Assembly: GCA_958295675.1 (NCBI GenBank)
Contig: OY282360.1
Location: 52,133 to 116,132, forward strand
DNA: 64,000 nt
Reading direction: 5' to 3'
Origin: Minisyncoccota bacterium
GTDB lineage: Bacteria > Patescibacteriota > Minisyncoccia > Phycocordibacterales > JABAAK01
Position numbers and translations under genes: made by a program. Shown here one piece after another: positions 41,445 through 48,961 of the stretch (its first letter is position 1; every line of letters begins with the position of its first letter). Under the pieces are notes generated by a model. The model ran no database searches, was not told the origin of the DNA, and saw only the letters and a list, made by a program, of their open reading frames with translations.

Positions 41445-42536
41445 TTATTTTCCTGATTTAGTGCGGTTATCTTTTTTGCATAACATCTGGCAATTTTTTG
41501 CAATTGTTTTACCACCTTCATGCCAAGGGGTAATATGGTCAGCCTCCATCTCTTGAATCTCAAACCGTTTTTCGCATTTTGCGCAGATACCCTTTTGCCT
41601 CTCATACGCTTCTCGCTTCATGTTCTCGGTAAAGGTACGAATAGAAAGATGTTTTTCCTCTCTCGTTAAGACATAGGGGTAAATGCCAGATTTTTTAGTC
41701 ACATCTTCGTCTTGCATTAATTCAGTAATCTCAGTCTCTAGTTTTTTAGCATTCAGGTTTTGAGTATTGAATTGGTTATACAGTTCACCCCAATGTACAC
41801 TCGCCATCTCATTGCGGTAATTGGTAAAAGTCTTTCGCACCCAAGCAACCACCCTTTGAAAGTATTCCCATAATTCATCAGCATTTTTATCGTGCTGATG
41901 TTTTGCCATGTACTCTTCTATTTCTCCGTTATTGATCCAGGAAAGTGCAGTCTCTAGATAGTCCTGTCTTATCGGCGAACCCTTCAGAAGTGATCCATCA
42001 TCATTCGCCAAAAGGTATGCTGCACAACCTGTTTTGCTAAATTTTAGCTTTGCGTCAGAGAGCCACGGTCCGGTGTAGACCGCATTTCGTATTTCCTGGT
42101 CAGTTAATTCTGCACCGGCAATATTAATAATCCTAAACCAATCAAGCCGCTCTTTATCTGTGCCTTCGCAGAAGTAAATCATTAGTTCATAATTTAAAAT
42201 CTGGTCTTGTTCCTCGCCAGTTAAATTATGAAAATAGTGATTATTCAATGAAAAGTCACCGTTTATATATTGTCCTATACTTATAGTTCGTTGTTGACCG
42301 TCCAGCATTTCATAATTTCCACCTTCTTTTACCATCCAGTACATAACATTGAGTGGAAAACCATTTTTAATTGTTTCAATTACGGCATCACGCTGTTTGC
42401 CGGTATAGACAAACTCTCTTTGGTATTTAGGACGAATGTCTAATCTACCACCATAGGCGGTAACACCTTCCTCATCACTGTCTTTGTATTTCTCAACCAC
42501 ATCACGAACCAAAATCTTGTGTAATTCAATTTTCAT
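41445..42536 (-). CDS. DUF262 (ParB-like, DGQQR motif) + C-terminal HNH nuclease protein
   Basis: MLDGQQRTISIGQY (DGQQR signature) in N-terminal half; C-terminal CAKCEKRF…ADHITPWHEGGKT…NCQMLCKKDN = HNH (Cys4 + His-Asn-His); start overlaps MTase stop. Confidence 0.75.
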   Translation of the reverse strand: MKIELHKILVRDVVEKYKDSDEEGVTAYGGRLDIRPKYQREFVYTGKQRDAVIETIKNGFPLNVMYWMVKEGGNYEMLDGQQRTISIGQYINGDFSLNNHYFHNLTGEEQDQILNYELMIYFCEGTDKERLDWFRIINIAGAELTDQEIRNAVYTGPWLSDAKLKFSKTGCAAYLLANDDGSLLKGSPIRQDYLETALSWINNGEIEEYMAKHQHDKNADELWEYFQRVVAWVRKTFTNYRNEMASVHWGELYNQFNTQNLNAKKLETEITELMQDEDVTKKSGIYPYVLTREEKHLSIRTFTENMKREAYERQKGICAKCEKRFEIQEMEADHITPWHEGGKTIAKNCQMLCKKDNRTKSGK

Positions 42537-42537
42537 G

Positions 42538-43566
42538 TTATTTTTTTGCTTTTTTATTTCTTATTAATATTCTGAAGTATGTATACTTTCCATCTATCGA
42601 TAAATCCTTATCATCATCACCTTTTCTAAACTTTACTATCTCAAACTGGTCAGGATTATATTTGTCAAGGAATGTGATTGGGACACCTATAACACCATCA
42701 TAATTATAAGGTATATCGGTATATTTATCTACATTAATTGCATTATAATTATCATATTTTGGATATTCTTCCGGTGTGTATTTTTTATAAAGTACGATAT
42801 CGTTTTTGTGTTTTGTAACTTCAAGATTTGTAAACCAACATGAAGTTGCTACACGAGCAATCTTCTTGCCATTTTCATCAATATGGTGAAATTTTTCCCA
42901 ATCGTCTGGTACAACAAAAAACATTCCTACATTAAAATTAGTATAACCAGTTCGAATTTTATTTTCCTTGAAAAATTTAAAAATCTCTTTATATGTAATT
43001 GCATTTGTATTACCAATAATCAAGAATTCTTTATCAAGTTCTGTTAATTGTGTAACATACTCACGAAATAATGAAAATGGAGGGTTAGTAACCACCACAT
43101 CCGCTTGTTTGAGTAAATTGACACATTCTTCACTACGAAAATCACCATCACCTTCAAGAGGTTTTGCAACATTAGCATCTTGTCTCAGTAATTGCTCAAC
43201 GTCTTCCAAATTGACTGCACCATCATTATTAAGATCTTTAACTTCATTAATTTCAATTCTAAATGGCTCCTTTCCTTCAGGTTTTAATCCCTCTATTTCA
43301 ACGAGTGGCAACTGCCCACCAGCAATTGGTGACCTTATATAACTTGTGGCAATAAGTTTTTTAAGTTTCAGTGCGTTAAAATTAGCGGCAAAATACTTAA
43401 AAAAGTTACTTTCATAAGGATCATCGCAGTTACAGTACACAACCTTATCATGAAATTGTTCTTTGTAATGTCTTAACTCTTTCTCAATATCAACAAGTTG
43501 AGTATAAAACTCATCTTTTTTTGCTTTAGATGCCTGATGAAGAGCTGTATTTGAAGATTTAGCCAT
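42538..43566 (-). CDS. DNA methyltransferase (amino-methyltransferase, NPPF motif IV; N6A or N4C)
   Basis: DEFYTQ near N-terminus and VVVTNPPFS catalytic motif; 342 aa; translationally coupled to the DUF262-HNH gene. Confidence 0.8.
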   Translation of the reverse strand: MAKSSNTALHQASKAKKDEFYTQLVDIEKELRHYKEQFHDKVVYCNCDDPYESNFFKYFAANFNALKLKKLIATSYIRSPIAGGQLPLVEIEGLKPEGKEPFRIEINEVKDLNNDGAVNLEDVEQLLRQDANVAKPLEGDGDFRSEECVNLLKQADVVVTNPPFSLFREYVTQLTELDKEFLIIGNTNAITYKEIFKFFKENKIRTGYTNFNVGMFFVVPDDWEKFHHIDENGKKIARVATSCWFTNLEVTKHKNDIVLYKKYTPEEYPKYDNYNAINVDKYTDIPYNYDGVIGVPITFLDKYNPDQFEIVKFRKGDDDKDLSIDGKYTYFRILIRNKKAKK

Positions 43567-43894
43567 AACAATTTCTTATACTTAAAGTATGCCATCTAAT
43601 TTTTATGATAATCCAACAGAAGAAATTCCAGCAAAAACAAATTATCCACCCATTTTTCTTATAACGACAGTGTGTATTCTCATAATAGGAAATCCGTCCG
43701 TGAAAACCCTATCGGGAGGTTCACTGGCGGATTACTAGTTTTCCTCTCCTTCGCCAACGCCGAACATTTTCTTTTGCAGTTTTGATACGTGCCGTTAAGG
43801 CATAGAAAGGTTCTAGTGATACATATTGATGACCCACCTGCTCTCCGTACCGAATCCGCGGCGAGCACGCGGAGTTGGGGCGGTGGAAGAATAG

Positions 43895-44025
43895 AAAAAG
43901 AAAATAACGGCGGTGATTGGCACGGGAGCGGAGCGAACGGAGGGGTCTTGTCGCAGGCATGTCCCCGCAACGATGCGGAGCGACTAGTTTTCATGTTTAC
44001 TGAGCGCGAATGTGTGTCATCTTGT
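43895..44025. repeat. Right copy of the imperfect inverted repeat (contains a 46-nt insertion relative to the left copy)
   Basis: GAAAAAGAAAATAACGGCGGTGATTGGCACGGGAG…CGGAGCGACTAGTT…TACTGAGCGCG matches the reverse complement of 38600-38700. Confidence 0.6.
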
Positions 44026-44034
44026 ATCCTTGGG

Positions 44035-44105
44035 TGCGGGCGGGGAGAATCGAACTCCCGTTTTCCGCTTGGAAGGCGGATGTTCTACCACTAAACTACG
44101 CCCGC
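44035..44105 (-). tRNA. tRNA-Gly (anticodon TCC)
   Basis: Cloverleaf on minus strand: acceptor GCGGGCG/CGCCCGC, anticodon stem TCCGC/GCGGA, loop CTTCCAA, T arm GGGAG-TTCGATT-CTCCC; 71 nt. Confidence 0.85.
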
Positions 44106-44132
44106 GAGGTCAACGCTTTTACTATACTACAC

Positions 44133-44170
44133 AAAAAGCGAAGACAAGATTTCCTGCCTTCGCTTTTTTG
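44133..44170. terminator. Bidirectional-looking stem-loop (AAAAGCGAAG…CTTCGCTTTT) flanked by A-run and T-run
   Basis: 10-bp stem, 14-nt loop, T6 on plus side and A5 on the other. Confidence 0.45.
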
Positions 44171-44448
44171 TATTGCATAATTTTCAATTACTCACTTCCC
44201 TCTCCTCCAGCTGTTTCTGCACCTGCCTCCTTCCGCTCTTCATCGTTGCCCTCACCAGGAGTATTGTTCTGCATTTCGTCTGTGTTTTCGTTCATCATAT
44301 ATGATTGATTTGATTTTTTGATAATACAGTCCGTATGGACATAACCACATAATACTACATGCCAGCAAGATATCAATAGGAAGCAAAATACAGGAGTATA
44401 AAATACAATACTTGCATATATGTCAAGTTTATGCTAATATAGTACTAT

Positions 44449-44742
44449 ATGATTAATAAAACAGAACAAAAAACCATAAAAATCAAGGTCTTTTTCACCG
44501 TGTTTATCGCAGTTTTGCTGGCATCGTTTATAGCAGTACCTCTGTATACCAATGCGCATACACCCACCAATGATGTCTGTCAGGAAGAGAGAATAGAGGA
44601 AAACCGTCGCTTTCTTGGCATTCTCATCACACTTTTGGGTATGTTAGAGGATGAATCCGTAGGTGGCGAATCTCCTGCAGACGATGGCAGTGATAGGCAG
44701 AGTACAGCAACCACTGGTAAAAATATGCTTGCATCTGTCTAA
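44449..44742 (+). CDS. Small membrane protein, hypothetical
   Basis: 97 aa; TM FFTVFIAVLLASFIAVPLY; acidic C-terminus. Confidence 0.4.
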   Translation: MINKTEQKTIKIKVFFTVFIAVLLASFIAVPLYTNAHTPTNDVCQEERIEENRRFLGILITLLGMLEDESVGGESPADDGSDRQSTATTGKNMLASV

Positions 44743-44792
44743 GAAAGTGTCATAAACATCGTATTATTTCATTATCAATTACATTATTACCC

Positions 44793-44858
44793 CTCACGCC
44801 CCCTGGTGTGTCCGTGCTTTATTACTACCCTCTTCACGGACACACCAGGGGGCGTGAG
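44793..44858. repeat. Perfect 24-bp inverted repeat hairpin (18-nt loop) immediately 3' of tRNA-Pro(CGG)
   Basis: CTCACGCCCCCTGGTGTGTCCGTG …18 nt… CACGGACACACCAGGGGGCGTGAG; no mismatches. Confidence 0.7.
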
Positions 44859-44874
44859 CATTATATATACATTG

Positions 44875-44946
44875 TCGGAGAGCCGGGACTCGAACCCGGA
44901 GTCACACGCACCCGAAGCGTGTATGTTACCCTTACACTACTCTCCG
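44875..44946 (-). tRNA. tRNA-Pro (anticodon CGG)
   Basis: Acceptor CGGAGAG/CTCTCCG, anticodon stem CACGC/GCGTG, loop TTCGGGT, T arm CCGGG-TTCGAGT-CCCGG; 72 nt. Confidence 0.85.
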
Positions 44947-45022
44947 AATACTAATAATATAGTACACAACTTCAATACTATACAGCACCTGTAATCATTT
45001 CATATGATACAGTACCTACATC

Positions 45023-45751
45023 ATGGCGGTAGAAATTGTATCCCTGCTTATTGTTATCGGCATTCTACTATATGTGTTGCCGTCCCTTATTGCGCATTAT
45101 CGTGGACACAAGCACACACTCCAGATTATCCTACTCAACCTTTTCCTTGGTTGGACAATTGTTTGTTGGTTCGGTGCATTCGTTTGGTCTGTTCTGACAG
45201 ACACACCACCAATTGATCTGAAACAGGTACTTAAGAAAATATTGATCACACTTCTTATTGTCACACTGCTTTTCATTGGATTAGTGTTCGGAATAAATCG
45301 GTTTCTGTACACATCTATTACTTCAGAATCGGAAGATATTTCTTGGCAACTCTCCACACAAGTAGGTTATCTCATATCACCATATCCATTCGCACAATTA
45401 CATTCAGACACTGCGCATGGCAGTCAATCATCTCTCTACATACATTGTCGGCATGACTTTCTGCAAGTACATATAGCTACCAACTTGCACGGACAGTTAC
45501 CCGGTGATGAATCAGATAAGCAGGTAAGGGCGCGACATCGAATAGGTCAGGGTGACTGGATAGATTTGGAATGGATTGCAAAACGCGGCGGTGTTACTTA
45601 TCCAGACACTGATTTTGTTCATTTTGTGAATTCACTGGACCAAGAAAAATCTGACCTTGTGATTGAATTTGAAACCGGCACCAAAGTTCAATTCCCTATT
45701 TGGAACGGTTACGACGATATGCGCAATCATATTACTTGTTTGCGGCAATAG
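45023..45751 (+). CDS. Superinfection-immunity-like (Imm/SIP family) membrane protein with C-terminal extension
   Basis: N-terminal …LPSLIAHYRGHKHTLQIILLNLFLGWTIVCWFGAFVWSV matches the two-helix superinfection immunity protein signature; second TM pair follows; 242 aa. Confidence 0.6.
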   Translation: MAVEIVSLLIVIGILLYVLPSLIAHYRGHKHTLQIILLNLFLGWTIVCWFGAFVWSVLTDTPPIDLKQVLKKILITLLIVTLLFIGLVFGINRFLYTSITSESEDISWQLSTQVGYLISPYPFAQLHSDTAHGSQSSLYIHCRHDFLQVHIATNLHGQLPGDESDKQVRARHRIGQGDWIDLEWIAKRGGVTYPDTDFVHFVNSLDQEKSDLVIEFETGTKVQFPIWNGYDDMRNHITCLRQ

Positions 45752-45863
45752 ATGTTTTATCCGGTATTGTATAACGACAACACTTTCCGTGGTTGAACAG
45801 ATAGAGCACTGCATACAATTGAACCCGCATGTCCACAATAACAGATACAAAAATTCCTTTCAG

Positions 45864-45936
45864 TCGGGGAGCCGGGATTCGAACCCGGAGTCACCCGCAC
45901 CCAAAGCGGGCATGTTAGCCGTTACACCACTCCCCG
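45864..45936 (-). tRNA. tRNA-Pro (anticodon TGG)
   Basis: Acceptor CGGGGAG/CTCCCCG, anticodon stem CCCGC/GCGGG, loop TTTGGGT, T arm CCGGG-TTCGAAT-CCCGG; 73 nt. Confidence 0.85.
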
Positions 45937-45985
45937 GATAAGCAGTGGTAATTATACCATATATGCACTGTGCTATACTGTATAC

Positions 45986-46723
45986 ATGAAAGAAAAAAGA
46001 AATTTTTTTCTTGCTATTATAGGGATATTAATTATTCTATTAATTTTCTCTCTTTTTTCAGATTATAAGGAGCATGTATATGAAGAGAGAAAAGTGTTGT
46101 ATGAAGATGAAAGTGTTGAAGTTGCCAATCAGGAAAACCGTCCTAAATCCTGCAACAGTAATATTAAGGAGGTTGTTTCTGAAGAAGGTATGATTGCTGT
46201 TACATATGAAAGACCATCATGGCTGACCGGGCATGTAAAACAATGTGATATTGAACAATATATCTATGCACAGTATGCAGAGATTAAAAAAAGTGCGGAC
46301 GATTTGTTAGCCGAATTTCCGGATAGTGCACTACTTCCCTTTCGGCTGAATATAAAAATAAAACAGTATGTTGTTGATCCATACGAAAGTATTATTATTG
46401 AAAACTGGCATTATACCGGCGGCGCACATGGCAATGTTGCATATAAATATTATAATTTAAAGGAAAAGAGTGACATCTCATTTGAAAAATATCTGAATGA
46501 TATCAGATATGATAAGCAGAATCTATTACAACAAGTGAACAAGCAACTAGAAGAAGATGGAAATGATATGATAGAAAAATTTGAATCGGAATATGAAGAT
46601 CAGGAAGTTTCATTTCCATGGCATATACACCAGCGCGAAGACGAATCCTTGGGCATCACATTCATTTTTCCTCCATATTTTGTCGCATCATATGCGGCTG
46701 GCACGATTGTGTATTCATTTTAA
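45986..46723 (+). CDS. DUF3298/DUF4163-like membrane-anchored protein
   Basis: N-terminal TM FFLAIIGILIILLIFSLF; WHYTGGAHGN motif characteristic of DUF3298 (RsiV/PdaC-type) domains. Confidence 0.6.
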   Translation: MKEKRNFFLAIIGILIILLIFSLFSDYKEHVYEERKVLYEDESVEVANQENRPKSCNSNIKEVVSEEGMIAVTYERPSWLTGHVKQCDIEQYIYAQYAEIKKSADDLLAEFPDSALLPFRLNIKIKQYVVDPYESIIIENWHYTGGAHGNVAYKYYNLKEKSDISFEKYLNDIRYDKQNLLQQVNKQLEEDGNDMIEKFESEYEDQEVSFPWHIHQREDESLGITFIFPPYFVASYAAGTIVYSF

Positions 46724-46764
46724 ACACTTCTTTTCTTTCCTCCCTTTATATTGCTTAAAACAGA

Positions 46765-47172
46765 TTATACCCAGAAAATTTCTATACTCGGATACAAACG
46801 ATCGTGCGGCAAGATAACACCAATAACACCTAATGCAACACCAGTATATTTCGGATGACTATTTAAATAATAGTTGCCAAATTGTGACATTCGTTGTATT
46901 TTCTTTTTTGTAATTCGGTCTGATAGACAAAAATCAAAATCAATTATATTATCAACATTTTGTGTGTTTCTATGTGAAACATTAGAAGATGTTTCACGTG
47001 AAACACTCTTAACTTCAAATATATAAAGCACCTGATTCTTTTTTGCAATAATATCCACTTCTATAAATTTAGCTTTGTATTGCATGGCTATTATTGTATA
47101 TCCACAACTTTTCAAATACTTTTCCGCATATTTTTCCCCAGTATTTCCAATAAATTTCTGAAGTGTAAACAT
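46765..47172 (-). CDS. YraN/UPF0102-family predicted endonuclease (PD-(D/E)xK fold)
   Basis: GEKYAEKYLKSCGYTII…FIEVDIIAKKNQVLYIFEVKS matches the YraN signature; contains a perfect parS 16-mer in its coding sequence (46990-47005). Confidence 0.7.
   Translation of the reverse strand: MFTLQKFIGNTGEKYAEKYLKSCGYTIIAMQYKAKFIEVDIIAKKNQVLYIFEVKSVSRETSSNVSHRNTQNVDNIIDFDFCLSDRITKKKIQRMSQFGNYYLNSHPKYTGVALGVIGVILPHDRLYPSIEIFWV
46990..47005. promoter_or_regulatory. parS consensus site (TGTTTCACGTGAAACA) inside the YraN-like gene
   Basis: Perfect match to the 16-bp palindromic chromosomal ParB/Spo0J binding consensus. Confidence 0.7.
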
Positions 47173-47196
47173 AGTTCTCTACAATTTATATACCAT

Positions 47197-47858
47197 TGTT
47201 TCACGTGAAACATGTACAAATACACATATTTCACACACAAGTGTTTCACGTGAAACAGTTTCCTTGTGAAACGATTTACGTAAAATAAGGATATTTTTGC
47301 ACAAAGATGTTTCACGTGAAACATGCAGAGCCGTTAAACACACACAAGTGTTTCACGTGAAACAGTTTCCTTGTGAAACGATTTACGTAAAATAAGGATA
47401 TTTTTGCACAAAGATGTTTCACGTGAAACATGCAGAGCCGTTAAACACACACAAGTGTTTCACGTGAAACAGTTTCCTTGTGAAACGATTTACGTAAAAT
47501 AAGGATATTTTTGCACAAAGATGTTTCACGTGAAACATGCAGAGCCGTTAAACACACACAAGTGTTTCACGTGAAACAGTTTCCTTGTGAAACGATTTAC
47601 GTAAAATAAGGATATTTTTGCACAAAGATGTTTCACGTGAAACATGCAGAGCCGTTAAACACACACAAGTGTTTCACGTGAAACAGTTTCCTTGTGAAAC
47701 GATTTACGTAAAATAAGGATATTTTTGCACAAAGATGTTTCACGTGAAACATGCAGAGCCGTTAAACACACACAAGTGTTTCACGTGAAACAGTTTCCTT
47801 GTGAAACGATTTACGTAAAATAAGGATATTTTTGCACAAAGATGTTTCACGTGAAACA
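47197..47858. repeat. Tandem array of 13 perfect parS sites: six identical 107-bp direct repeats, two parS each, plus one flanking copy
   Basis: TGTTTCACGTGAAACA found at 47197, 47242, 47308, 47349, 47415, 47456, 47522, 47563, 47629, 47670, 47736, 47777, 47843; 107-bp period verified by coordinates; each unit also carries a GTGAAACG half site. Confidence 0.85.
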
Positions 47859-47961
47859 TGTTTCACAAGGTAACACTTACAAGGTGTTTATAGCATTATA
47901 GTAGATACTTGTATAGAATCCTATTTTATTAATAAAAAGAATGGGACAGATATATTATTTC

Positions 47962-47993
47962 AAAAAAATTCCTCTTTTGTGTAAAAGAGGAAT
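47962..47993 (-). terminator. Rho-independent terminator for the minus-strand small membrane protein gene
   Basis: On minus strand: TTCCTCTTTT-acac-AAAAGAGGAA followed by TTTTTTTG. Confidence 0.5.
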
Positions 47994-48021
47994 AATCAGG
48001 CGATGCCTGATGAGAATGTCG

Positions 48022-48309
48022 CTATGAACACTCAATTGATGTAAATGGAAAGATCTGCATCAACAGAACTCCGCCGAAGATGGTAAGACCGATCGTCAAG
48101 AAAAACACAAGTTCTGAGACACCTCCGTCTTTAACCCGCTTCAGCACAGAAATCGCTACTGAGATGACGGATGGGACGAGAAAAGCAAGCACAACGGCAT
48201 TGATCATTACTGGTGCCACATTCGGCAGTCCGGTTACAACAAAAATGCTGAGTATCAATGTGGCAACAAGAACAGAGAGAGTTCCCAGCCTAGTTGTTTG
48301 TTTTGCCAT
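48022..48309 (-). CDS. Small two/three-TM membrane protein, hypothetical
   Basis: 95 aa from ATG at 48309 with GGAG 8 nt upstream; hydrophobic helices throughout. Confidence 0.5.
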   Translation of the reverse strand: MAKQTTRLGTLSVLVATLILSIFVVTGLPNVAPVMINAVVLAFLVPSVISVAISVLKRVKDGGVSELVFFLTIGLTIFGGVLLMQIFPFTSIECS

Positions 48310-48480
48310 GTTTCTATCTCCTTTTATGGAAAGAAAGTGGAAATCTAGCAGGCGAGCACGAGAAAAGGTATTTTGCCTCCTACAAGCACTCAAGTACATA
48401 ATACCACTTTTAATGATATTTCACAATAAGTAAAATATCCATTTTTTAAAAAGTATCCCTATGTGAAAAAATTGACAATT

Positions 48481-48774
48481 TTATATCTTCACCTTATAAT
48501 TTTTCCCATTATATATAATAGCAACCCCTTCCTTTTCAAGTATATGTTTTTTTCGATGAATACCGCCACGATTGTAGTTACCGAGTGTGCCATCACTTTT
48601 TATCACTCTGTGGCAGGGAACTGACGGATTATGGTTATGTGCCATGAGAGTGCCAACAGCTCGTTGTGCATTAGGATTGCCGGCTTTGCGCGCAACTTCT
48701 TGGTATGTCATGGTACTTCCTTTCGGTATTGATGAGACAATATATAGAACTTTTTCTTTAAATGCGGTTGTCAT
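48481..48774 (-). CDS. Methylated-DNA-protein-cysteine methyltransferase DNA-binding domain protein (minimal MGMT/Ogt-like)
   Basis: 97 aa; active-site motif VPCHRVI with Cys retained; only the C-terminal alkyltransferase domain present. Confidence 0.7.
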   Translation of the reverse strand: MTTAFKEKVLYIVSSIPKGSTMTYQEVARKAGNPNAQRAVGTLMAHNHNPSVPCHRVIKSDGTLGNYNRGGIHRKKHILEKEGVAIIYNGKNYKVKI

Positions 48775-48782
48775 ATTATCAG

Positions 48783-48853
48783 TGCGGGTAGGGAGAATCG
48801 AACTCCCGTCTTAGCCATGGCAAGGCCACGTTCTACCACTAAACTATACCCGC
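48783..48853 (-). tRNA. tRNA-Gly (anticodon GCC)
   Basis: Acceptor GCGGGTA/TACCCGC, anticodon stem TGGCC/GGCTA, loop TTGCCAT, T arm GGGAG-TTCGATT-CTCCC; 71 nt. Confidence 0.85.
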
Positions 48854-48961
48854 GGACAGAATGCGACATGCATGCGGTACACACAATGTCGCGCGAATAT
48901 AGTATAGCGTATACAGACGATATGAAAACCAATCTCTGTTAATGGTACACACAACTTGTTT

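Noticed and set aside
43680-44030. GC-rich non-coding stretch considered as tmRNA, RNase P RNA or other structured RNA
   Set aside because: No tmRNA tRNA-like ends or RNase P conserved motifs found on either strand; better explained as the right inverted-repeat flank of the cassette. Cannot exclude a novel small RNA.
38528-44030. Searched for transposase/integrase within or beside the low-GC cassette
   Set aside because: None of the four proteins shows DDE, serine or tyrosine recombinase motifs; the only tyrosine recombinase in the window (31690-32550) is 6 kb away, so the cassette is not called a mobile_element feature.
44188-44376. 62-aa acidic minus-strand ORF upstream of tRNA-Gly(TCC)
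   Set aside because: Low complexity, overlaps another short ORF on the opposite strand; only the nearby stem-loop is reported.
47112-47324. 70-aa ORF on minus strand within the repeat array (MFHVKHLC…)
   Set aside because: Reading frame is an artefact of the palindromic repeats (repeated FHVKHLC from GTTTCACGTGAAAC); no start context.
47197-47858. Possible CRISPR array because of regularly spaced repeats
   Set aside because: The entire 107-bp units are identical, so there are no unique spacers, and the repeated element is the parS palindrome; no cas genes nearby. It is a tandem direct repeat, not CRISPR.
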